This document shows, one piece after another, positions 28,320 through 36,096 of a stretch of 64,000 nucleotides of DNA. Location of the stretch: NCBI GenBank assembly GCA_965207885.1, contig OZ242311.1:6048001-6112000 (forward strand). Reading direction: 5' to 3'. This DNA comes from Candidatus Latescibacterota bacterium. Lineage in GTDB: Bacteria > Latescibacterota > UBA2968. Both the position numbers and the translations under genes were made by a program. The notes below the pieces were generated by a model. The model was not told the origin of the DNA. It saw only the letters and a program-made list of their open reading frames with translations, and ran no database searches. How positions within the stretch are numbered: the stretch's first letter is position 1; every line of letters starts with the position of its first letter.

Positions 28320-29893
28320 TGCGTAAACAGATTCTGTTTATCTTATCGACACTCGCGCTTTTAATATATCCGCTATCTCTTTCGGCACAGAATAGTACGG
28401 CGGGCGATCAAGCCCTTACCCCGGATTTTGATGGGAATGGTCAGGTTGATTTATATGATTTTTTGGCGTTTGCAGGTCAGTTTGGAGCACGTCAAGGGGA
28501 TGGGCGTTATGATGCCAGATACGATCTGGATAGCGATGGCGAGATTGGATTTTCCGATTTTCTACTTTTTAGCAGCAACTTTGGCAAAGAGGTGCCTTCC
28601 TCTGGCGGTGATGGTGCAACGATAGTTGCTATTCCGGATGAGAATTTGCGTGCTGTTATCGAGGGTCTTCTGGGCAAGGCGAGCGGTGCGCCGATTACGA
28701 GGGTTGAGATGACGCGCTTGATGCGTATTGAGGCACGGAATGCGAATATCAGGGATTTGACAGGGCTTGAGTTTGCCACTCGTCTGACAATTCTGGATTT
28801 TGGTGCTGAAAGAGTGGAAGGGCAATCTGTCAATAGCAACAGCATCTCGGATCTTTCACCCCTATCAGGTTTAACCAATCTGACGCATTTGTATCTTACC
28901 GACAACGACATCTCGGACGTCACGTCCCTATCGAGTTTGACCAGTCTGGAGAGGCTGAATCTTTCCAGCAACAGTCTCACGGACCTCACGCCTCTATCGG
29001 GTTTGCCCAGTCTGAGATGGCTGAATCTTTCCAGCAACAGTCTCACGGATCTCACGTCCCTATCGGGTTTGACCAACCTGACGTATCTGTCTCTTTCCTT
29101 CAACATCATCTCGGACGTCACGCCCTTATCGGGTTTGACTAGTCTGGGATCGCTGTCTCTTTTCAGCAACGACATCTCGGACATTACGCCCCTATCAGGT
29201 TTGACCCGTCTGAGATCGCTGTCTCTTTCCTTTAACGGTATCTCGGATCTTACATCCCTATCGGGTTTGACCAACCTGACGTATCTGTATCTTAGCGGCA
29301 ACAGTCTCACGGACGTCACGTCTCTATCGGGTTTGACCAACCTGACGTATCTGTATCTTAGCGACAACATCATCACGGATCTTACGCCCCTATCTGGCTT
29401 GATCCGTCTGGAAAGGCTGATTCTTTTTACCAACAGTATCTCGGACCTTTCGCCCTTATTGGGCTTGACCAATCTGAGAACATTGTCTCTTTCCGTCAAC
29501 AGTATCTCGGACCTTTCGCCTCTATCGGGTTTGGACCGTCTGGAGAGACTGTATCTTGATCGCAACAGTATCTCGGATATCACGCCCTTATCGAGCTTGA
29601 CCAGTCTGAGAACATTGTCTCTTCCCGACAACAGTATCTCGGACCTGTCGCCTCTGGTTGCAAACACGGGATTGGGTACTGGAGATTTTGTTGATGTGGA
29701 GCGTAATCCGTTGAGTGCCATGTCATACCAAACGCATATCCCAACCCTTCAGGATAGAGGCGTTATTGTGCTTATTGGTTCGTCGAAGCCCGCAGTGGAG
29801 AAGAAGGAATTGTTGGAGATTGAGGGAAGGGAGATAGGCTATATATATCGCAGGTGGATGGAGGAGGGGAAGGACGTGATTAGCTCAAAATGA
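28319..29893 (+). CDS. Secreted dockerin-like + internalin-type LRR protein
   Basis: Paralogous signal peptide and dockerin, IPDENLR cap, tandem 22 aa LRRs, SKPAVEK tail. Confidence 0.9.
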   Translation: MRKQILFILSTLALLIYPLSLSAQNSTAGDQALTPDFDGNGQVDLYDFLAFAGQFGARQGDGRYDARYDLDSDGEIGFSDFLLFSSNFGKEVPSSGGDGATIVAIPDENLRAVIEGLLGKASGAPITRVEMTRLMRIEARNANIRDLTGLEFATRLTILDFGAERVEGQSVNSNSISDLSPLSGLTNLTHLYLTDNDISDVTSLSSLTSLERLNLSSNSLTDLTPLSGLPSLRWLNLSSNSLTDLTSLSGLTNLTYLSLSFNIISDVTPLSGLTSLGSLSLFSNDISDITPLSGLTRLRSLSLSFNGISDLTSLSGLTNLTYLYLSGNSLTDVTSLSGLTNLTYLYLSDNIITDLTPLSGLIRLERLILFTNSISDLSPLLGLTNLRTLSLSVNSISDLSPLSGLDRLERLYLDRNSISDITPLSSLTSLRTLSLPDNSISDLSPLVANTGLGTGDFVDVERNPLSAMSYQTHIPTLQDRGVIVLIGSSKPAVEKKELLEIEGREIGYIYRRWMEEGKDVISSK

Positions 29894-29925
29894 GAGCTTG
29901 TCTTGATGAAGAATTGTTGTAATGG

Positions 29926-29959
29926 AAAAGAGCGAGTCTAAAAAGGCGCGCTCTTTTTT
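29926..29959 (+). terminator. Intrinsic terminator (paralog of 32275-32309)
   Basis: AAAAGAGCG...CGCTCTTTTTT hairpin. Confidence 0.75.
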
Positions 29960-29977
29960 GTTGATAGATTGACGCGA

Positions 29978-30009
29978 TTACTCGGCTAATGCGTGCTGCT
30001 TTCGACGCA
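29978..30009 (-). repeat. Duplicated 3' tip of the 32328-33077 epimerase gene
   Basis: TTACTCGGCTAATGCGTGCTGCTTTCGACGCA versus TTACCCGGCTAATGCGCGCATGGTTTCGACGCA (32328-32360). Confidence 0.8.
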
Positions 30010-30134
30010 AAATATAGGGTAATCCAACTACATATCACAAAATGGAAACTGGGATAAATTTTACGACTTGATATTCTCTAATTCTGAGCTATTTTTTCCA
30101 TTGAGATAGTTTGCCTATGAATAAGGAAAAACCG

Positions 30135-32327
30135 ATGCGTAAACAGATATTGTTTATTTTGTCAACACTCGCGCTTTTGATGTATCCGATGTTTCTTTCG
30201 GTGGATGTAAATAGTGCGGCGAGTGATCAATCCGTTACCCCGGATTTTGATGGCAATGGTATTGTTGATTTTGCCGACTTTTTGGCCTTCACAGGTCTGT
30301 TTGGATCACGTCAGGGCGATGGGCGTTATGATGCCAGATATGATCTGGACAGCGACGGTGCGATTGGCTTTTCTGATTTTCTGATCTTTAGCGGTAGCTT
30401 TGGCAAAGAGGTGTCTTCCCCAAACGTTGACATTCTAGATGCGAACCTGCGTGCGGTCATTGCAGATAGCCTCGGCAAGGCGAGCGGTGCGCCAATCACT
30501 CGGGCAGAGATGGCGAGCTTAAATCGCCTCGAAGCACCGAACAAGAATATTCGCGATCTGACCGGGCTTGAGTTTGCAACTGGTCTGACATTGTTGGATC
30601 TCGGTACATTTTATATGAGCGGTGAGGGTTTTATTAACAGCAATGAGATATCCAACCTTTCGCCCCTATCGGGATTGGCCAGTCTGGAAAGGCTGGATCT
30701 TGACCGCAACAACATATCGGACGTGTCTGCGCTGTCGAGTTTGACCAGTCTGGAATGGCTGGATCTTTACAGCAACAGCATTAGTGATGTGTCTGCGCTG
30801 TCGGGTTTGACCAGTCTGAAATGGCTGGATCTTAGCGACAACCGCATATCGGACATCACACCCCTATCGGGTTTGACCAGTCTGGAATGGCTGTGGCTTT
30901 CTGGGAATAGCATTAGTGATGTGTCTGCGCTGTCGGGTTTGACCAGTCTGGAAACGCTGTCTCTTGCCAGCAACAGCATCTCAGACCTCGCGCCGCTGGT
31001 TGCAAACGCGGGATTGGGTAGTGAAGACAGAGTTTATGTGAGAAATAACCCTTTGAGCACCACATCAATCAACACGCACATTCCAGCACTTGAGAGCAGA
31101 GGGATTGGTGTAAGCTACTCCGGTGGTGTTGATCTGATCGTTGACACGCCTTCGGTAAGCGATATCACTCTGACGGCGGGGCAAATATTCACGCTACAGG
31201 CAACGGTCCGCAATCAGGGGCGTAGTCTATCCGACGCAACGATGTTGTACTACTACCAATCTGACGATGCAATAATATCTTCAAGCGACACACGGATAGG
31301 CAGTGATACCGTTGGCTGGCTATCCAGGTCGGAGAGCAGTTCTGAATCAAACAATGTGTATGCGCCGTCGCGTGCGGGGACTTACTACTACGGTGTGTGT
31401 GTTGCGCCAGTGTCTGGCGAATCGAATACGGATAATAACTGCTCCCCTGGTGTGCGCGTCACGGTCAGCGGCGGCGATGGGAGTATAACGTACGTTGATA
31501 TTCCAGATGCGAACCTGCGTGCAGTCATTGCGGACAGTCTCGGCAAGGCGAGCGATGCGCCGATCAGCAAGACAGAGATGGCGAGCTTAAATCGCCTCGA
31601 AGCACCGGATAAGAATATTCGCGATTTGACCGGGCTTGAGTTTGCCCTCAACCTGACGTTGTTGGATCTCGGTAAGCCGTTTGGTAACAGTAATGAGATC
31701 TCCAATCTTTTGCCGCTGTCGGGTTTGACCAGTCTGGAAGTGCTGGATCTTTCCTTCAACAGCATATCGGATGTGACGCCCCTATCTAACTTGAACAACC
31801 TGAGAGAACTGCATCTTTTCGTCAATAACATATCAGATGTGGGTGCGCTGTCGGGTTTGACCAGTCTGGAAGTGCTGGATCTTTCCTCTAACAGCATATC
31901 AGATGTGTCCGCACTGTCTAACTTGAACAACCTGGAATTGCTGGCTCTTGTCTCCAACGGGATATCGGATGTGTCCGCACTGTCTAACTTGAACAACCTG
32001 AGAGGGCTGGATCTTTCCTTCAACAACATATCGGATGTGATGCCGCTATCTAACTTGACCAGTCTGGAAGATCTGTATCTTGACAACAACAGCATATCGG
32101 ATCTGGCGCCTTTGGTCGCAAATACGGGATTGGGCAGTGGAGATGTGGTTGATGTACGGAATAATCCGTTGAGTGCGACATCAATCAACACACACATTCC
32201 AGCCCTTCAGGGCAGAGGGGTTGATGTGCGATTTGGCACGTCGAAGCCCGCAGTGATAGATAGGTACTTAAAAGAAAAGAGCGAGTCAAAAAGGACTCGC
32301 TCTTTTTTTGTCGGTAAATCGGCGTGA
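30135..32327 (+). CDS. Secreted dockerin-like + LRR + CARDB/Ig-like + LRR protein
   Basis: Paralogous N-terminus; two LRR blocks separated by DLIV...ATVRNQG...GTYYYGVCV...ESNTDNNC CARDB-like domain. Confidence 0.9.
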   Translation: MRKQILFILSTLALLMYPMFLSVDVNSAASDQSVTPDFDGNGIVDFADFLAFTGLFGSRQGDGRYDARYDLDSDGAIGFSDFLIFSGSFGKEVSSPNVDILDANLRAVIADSLGKASGAPITRAEMASLNRLEAPNKNIRDLTGLEFATGLTLLDLGTFYMSGEGFINSNEISNLSPLSGLASLERLDLDRNNISDVSALSSLTSLEWLDLYSNSISDVSALSGLTSLKWLDLSDNRISDITPLSGLTSLEWLWLSGNSISDVSALSGLTSLETLSLASNSISDLAPLVANAGLGSEDRVYVRNNPLSTTSINTHIPALESRGIGVSYSGGVDLIVDTPSVSDITLTAGQIFTLQATVRNQGRSLSDATMLYYYQSDDAIISSSDTRIGSDTVGWLSRSESSSESNNVYAPSRAGTYYYGVCVAPVSGESNTDNNCSPGVRVTVSGGDGSITYVDIPDANLRAVIADSLGKASDAPISKTEMASLNRLEAPDKNIRDLTGLEFALNLTLLDLGKPFGNSNEISNLLPLSGLTSLEVLDLSFNSISDVTPLSNLNNLRELHLFVNNISDVGALSGLTSLEVLDLSSNSISDVSALSNLNNLELLALVSNGISDVSALSNLNNLRGLDLSFNNISDVMPLSNLTSLEDLYLDNNSISDLAPLVANTGLGSGDVVDVRNNPLSATSINTHIPALQGRGVDVRFGTSKPAVIDRYLKEKSESKRTRSFFVGKSA
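32275..32309. terminator. Bidirectional intrinsic terminator between convergent genes
   Basis: AAAAGAGCGAGTC-aaaaag-GACTCGCTCTTTTTTT perfect stem. Confidence 0.85.
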
Positions 32328-33077
32328 TTACCCGGCTAATGCGCGCATGGTTTCGACGCATCGGGTCAGGGCGGGGACGGGGTTTTCGACGTCCGCTTCG
32401 TATTCGATGACGGCCATGCCGTCAAAGCCGCTTTTTTCGAGTCCAGCGACAAAGGCCGGGAGGTCGAGCGTGCCTTCGCCGACGACGGTGTCGTGCCACT
32501 GGCCGTTGGGGTCAAAGACGAAGTCTTTGTAGTGGATGCCGTAGATTTGTCCGGCGAAGTCTTCTGTCCATTTGACGGGGTTGCCCTGGCGAGGACCAAT
32601 TTGCAAGGCCCAGGCTGTGTCGATGCACAGGCCAATTTCGGGCGCGCCAAGGCCGATGAGGTGTTTGAGTACGCCGGGTTGTCCGCCAAAGTGATACCCG
32701 CCGTGACAGTGTATGCCCACGCGTATGCCGTATGCCCGACTCCAGGCGCGTACCTGTGTGATGGCTTTGGGATAGGATTCGAGCTGGAAATGGCAGGAGA
32801 TGTGTTTGGCGCCGGCAATGGCGGCGCATTCAAAGTAAGATTTTTCAGCGGGGTCGCCCGTGAAGGTTTGTACGCCGATGGAGATGACGGATACGCCCGC
32901 GTCGTTGTAGGTTTTGACGATGTCTTTCCATGCGTCGGGGTTTTTGAAGTCGGCGTGGGCCTGGCAGACTTCGATTTTGTCGAGGCCGATGTCTTTTACT
33001 TTTTGGGCGACGTCAGCGTTGTCTTTGAAGTAGCGAAAGCAAAAACTTTGGACTCCGTAATCCAGTGCTGCACTCAT
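32328..33077 (-). CDS. Sugar phosphate isomerase/epimerase
   Basis: GVQSFCFR, IDTAW, HYKD, IEYE; AAGGAG RBS before ATG 33077. Confidence 0.88.
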   Translation of the reverse strand: MSAALDYGVQSFCFRYFKDNADVAQKVKDIGLDKIEVCQAHADFKNPDAWKDIVKTYNDAGVSVISIGVQTFTGDPAEKSYFECAAIAGAKHISCHFQLESYPKAITQVRAWSRAYGIRVGIHCHGGYHFGGQPGVLKHLIGLGAPEIGLCIDTAWALQIGPRQGNPVKWTEDFAGQIYGIHYKDFVFDPNGQWHDTVVGEGTLDLPAFVAGLEKSGFDGMAVIEYEADVENPVPALTRCVETMRALAG

Positions 33078-33104
33078 GTAAAACTCCTTCCAGTGGTTTG
33101 GGTT

Positions 33105-33164
33105 GTCATCGCGGCATGATCCCCGTATAAAAGCACTACGGGGCATGCTTGAGCCGCGATCCAG
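33105..33164. repeat. Nested palindromic intergenic element (RPE/REP-like)
   Basis: GTC-ATCGCGGC...GCCGCGAT-CCAG outer IR enclosing CCCCGTA...TACGGGG inner IR. Confidence 0.65.
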
Positions 33165-33170
33165 AAGATT

Positions 33171-34091
33171 TTAGTTGTCATTGCTCCTTTCCAGTTTTTT
33201 GAATACGTCGGCAAAGATGGTGTTGCGGTTGAGTTGCGTGGCTACGCGCATGAAATGCCGACTGGGGTCATGGCTCCAGGTTATTTGATCGGTGAGTATG
33301 GGGCTGTGTACCAGCCGGGTTGTGACCCAGTTTGGGGTGACGAGATAAGCGGTGGCGGAGAGGTCCCAGATTTCTTTTGCCCAGGCGTAGTGGTCTTTGT
33401 GATAGCCGCGTACGGTTTCGGTGAGGAAGTCGCCTATGGCGCTTTTGCCCGCCACATGGGTTTCGAGTTCGGGCAGGGTGGTGAGGAGGTGCGAGGCGAC
33501 ATTGCGGCAGGGGATCTGGACGAGGGGTACGCCGCTGTCAAAGATGATGCGTGCGGCGAGGATGTCTTGTCGCAGGTTAAATTCAAGGGTGTTGGGCCAG
33601 TTGTGTTCGTGGCCGCCGAGCCAGACGACGACGATGTGTTTGATGATTTCGGGTTCTATGAGGATGGCGGAGGCTACGTTGGTTATGGCGCCGATGGCGG
33701 CGACGTAGAGCGGGTCATGAGATGCCATGGCTTTGTCGATGAGGTCGCGCACGGCGTCGTTGTCTTGGGGTGTGTCTGGTCCTGTGAGGTAGTTTGTAGA
33801 GCCGCGGAATACGAGGTTGTTGTCGGGGATGTTGAGGCGGTTGAGGAGGCGGAGGATTTCTTTATAGCTTCGTTCCATGCCGTCGCCCGGTCCGCTGGAG
33901 CGTTGGTTGTGAAAGGGCGCAGCGTAGATGGCTTCGACCGAGATTTTCTCAGGGGATAAGAGCGCGTGTGCTACGGCGAATTGATCATCGACTTCGTTAT
34001 ATGTATCCGTGTCCAGCACCACGCGCACTTTGCCTGATGGCGGTGCTAATCTGTCAATGCGCTGGGCGTGTGTGAGGATGGGAAAGTTCAT
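33171..34091 (-). CDS. Inosine/uridine-preferring nucleoside hydrolase family
   Basis: LDTDTYNEVDD, GAITNVA, EFN, IWD motifs. Confidence 0.9.
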   Translation of the reverse strand: MNFPILTHAQRIDRLAPPSGKVRVVLDTDTYNEVDDQFAVAHALLSPEKISVEAIYAAPFHNQRSSGPGDGMERSYKEILRLLNRLNIPDNNLVFRGSTNYLTGPDTPQDNDAVRDLIDKAMASHDPLYVAAIGAITNVASAILIEPEIIKHIVVVWLGGHEHNWPNTLEFNLRQDILAARIIFDSGVPLVQIPCRNVASHLLTTLPELETHVAGKSAIGDFLTETVRGYHKDHYAWAKEIWDLSATAYLVTPNWVTTRLVHSPILTDQITWSHDPSRHFMRVATQLNRNTIFADVFKKLERSNDN

Positions 34092-34105
34092 GGATATTTG
34101 CTTTT

Positions 34106-34897
34106 TTAAGCGGCTTCTTGTAATTTCGCGATATTTTCAGGTTCATGTCGTTCTTGCCATCTTATATAATCTGCTCCTCCCGCCTCCAGCGCGTCCATAT
34201 AGTCCTGGTTGATGTTCTTGTCCTGGTCGTTGATAACCGCAAGTCCCGAGACCTGTTTGCCTGTCAACGTCTTTCTATATTCTAAAATATCTTTCCACAT
34301 AAACAGAAAACTGGATAAAGAAGCTCTGTTGATACTGTTGAAGCACTTTAGCACAATTTCCTTTTCCCGGTACGCTACCTGGAAGTCGAAGCTGAATTCA
34401 ATACCCACAGACCCCCTGGAAATGAATTCAGGTGTATAGACTATCATTTTCTCATCCAAATACCCCCGCACATCATCTTTAAAAATATTGACAACCGTGG
34501 GCTTGGCAAGTACGTAGAAGTTGCTGACTTCCAACATCGCTTGAAGCAAATCATGCTTTCTCTGAGGAAAATCGGATTCTCTGTTGGCTTGTGCTACAAG
34601 TTCTTTGCTCTTATTGGTTACCCCATAACTGGACAGGACTCTGTCCAGAAGTTCTCTTCGAGATGACGAGCGGGAAAAAGATACGCCCATTAACTCCAAA
34701 TCGTGGAGTGTCTTGCCGTCATCGGAGAGCATGATTTTATTTCCCTCCTTCTTGGCGTATATTTCCAGTGTGTCATTGAACAGGCCAGTAAAAGGAGTAG
34801 AAATAAGACTCCAATCGCTTTCATCTCCCACGGGAATATAAGTTTTCGATCTGAGCCAGGTATAATACTTGTCTTCTTGTTCAGCAAGCCAGTTCAT
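34106..34897 (-). CDS. DUF1828/DUF1829 family protein
   Basis: ISTPF...NDTLEIY...LSDDGKT N-terminal signature; C-terminal G.SG.xFDF nuclease-like fold; low GC. Confidence 0.75.
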   Translation of the reverse strand: MNWLAEQEDKYYTWLRSKTYIPVGDESDWSLISTPFTGLFNDTLEIYAKKEGNKIMLSDDGKTLHDLELMGVSFSRSSSRRELLDRVLSSYGVTNKSKELVAQANRESDFPQRKHDLLQAMLEVSNFYVLAKPTVVNIFKDDVRGYLDEKMIVYTPEFISRGSVGIEFSFDFQVAYREKEIVLKCFNSINRASLSSFLFMWKDILEYRKTLTGKQVSGLAVINDQDKNINQDYMDALEAGGADYIRWQERHEPENIAKLQEAA

Positions 34898-35011
34898 ACT
34901 AAAAATATCTCGCCTTTCCATTTGTCCAACGCCAGGATATAACGTCAACAGGATTGCCCTTTTCTATCACTTTCTTGGGCAATCCTATCAAACGTCTGGC
35001 CTCTTGGTTGG

Positions 35012-35302
35012 TCAGCATGAGATACTATTCCTCCATCTCTTCACGGAATATTCGCCAATACGGTGCAGTGCCCGATGGCCAACGCGCACGCACCAGATTT
35101 CAGCTTTGGGGTATTGCTTAAGGAGACGCTCTGATGCAGCAAGGGCATTATCGGCAATAATATAGCTTTCAGTATCGATGTCGATAGCAACGACTTTCCC
35201 ATAGTGTGTTGTTTCCACATGGGGACGGATAGCCCGCTCGTATATTTCATCGCCACGCCGCGCTGTTTCCTCGGCTGAATAGCGAGATTGATCAGTTGGC
35301 AT
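35012..35302 (-). CDS. Small DUF5678-like protein
   Basis: ARRGDEIYE...GKVVAIDIDT...RVG pattern; AGGAG RBS. Confidence 0.7.
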   Translation of the reverse strand: MPTDQSRYSAEETARRGDEIYERAIRPHVETTHYGKVVAIDIDTESYIIADNALAASERLLKQYPKAEIWCVRVGHRALHRIGEYSVKRWRNSISC

Positions 35303-35360
35303 GGTAATTCTCCTGATTGTAGTGGAAAATATCTATTACTAAAGTGGACGGTCATTAAAC

Positions 35361-35546
35361 TCATCCAAGCTCCTCGCTCGCGCCTTGTCCAGCGTTCTCT
35401 TTCAAGGCACTCAGATCTACAACTTTCTGACCTTTCGTCCGCTTTTTGGTTTGGAGATGGGTAACAAGAGCCTCGATATCATACCCATGTTCCTGTGCGA
35501 TGCTGTCTTTGATCTGCCAGAGTTCCTCAATAATTTTGTCAGACAT
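35361..35546 (-). CDS. Small hypothetical protein, typical downstream partner of PIN-domain genes
   Basis: MSDKIIEELWQIKDSIAQEHGYDIEAL; start overlaps the stop of the PIN remnant. Confidence 0.65.
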   Translation of the reverse strand: MSDKIIEELWQIKDSIAQEHGYDIEALVTHLQTKKRTKGQKVVDLSALKENAGQGASEELG

Positions 35547-35610
35547 CTTCGAATACTCCCATAAGTTCTTGAGGTGTGCAAATTTCGGAACTGGTATGCC
35601 CGTGTCCCTT
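35539..35610 (-). pseudogene. C-terminal remnant of a PIN-domain (VapC-like) toxin
   Basis: Frame absent from the ORF track reads GHTSSEICTPQELMGVFEDV* (ICTPxEL terminal motif); no upstream coding part. Confidence 0.6.
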
Positions 35611-35673
35611 CCACCATTACTCAAAATGCTGTTAAGTCTTTCTATCCTATCTGGTGAAGGACTATGTTGGAGG

Positions 35674-35841
35674 CTACCTCTCTTCTGCAAGACCCTCTCG
35701 TTCTAACACTCTGCGGATATCTTCGAAAACTGCCGAGATATTTCCCTGAGGAAAGCGAATTTGTCCTAATCCCTGGATATTTGAAAATTCTTCGCAACCT
35801 TTCTCTAATAGAATTATGGCACGCTCGAAACCAAGTCGTCC
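35674..35841 (-). pseudogene. C-terminal remnant of a CAP12/Pycsar-type TIR domain protein
   Basis: Frame absent from the ORF track reads GRLGFERAIILLEKGCEEFSNIQGLGQIRFPQGNISAVFEDIRRVLEREGLAEER*; in-frame stop just upstream, no start codon. Confidence 0.75.
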
Positions 35842-36096
35842 AGGGATAGTGTATTGTCATTAATTGAGCAAGAAAACTAATGTGAGGAGGTGTATGAATT
35901 CTAGCTTGCACTGCTGGCATATCTTTTCCTTTTTTTGCTCTTCATCACCAGTGGCAAAAATAGAGCAGAGCAGTAATTTTTTTGTACAAATTGATTTGTT
36001 GCGCCGGATCAGTTGCTTTAGTCGTTAGGATTCAAGCTACAAACCGGATGAACGAGCGTTGCTTTGAGGCAGAGATTTTGGTAAAGTATTCCGTTT

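Noticed and set aside
28507-29721. 404 aa repetitive minus-strand ORF (also 31388-32197)
   Set aside because: Antisense reading of the LRR repeats
26780-32110. Regularly spaced ~66 bp repeats as a CRISPR array or DGR
   Set aside because: Repeats are in-frame LRR codons with no repeat-spacer alternation; no cas genes, reverse transcriptase or adenine-specific template/variable pair seen
35940-36096. Possible integron attC site (CCTAAC on minus strand)
   Set aside because: No matching GTTRRRY end or extended palindrome, and no integrase in the window
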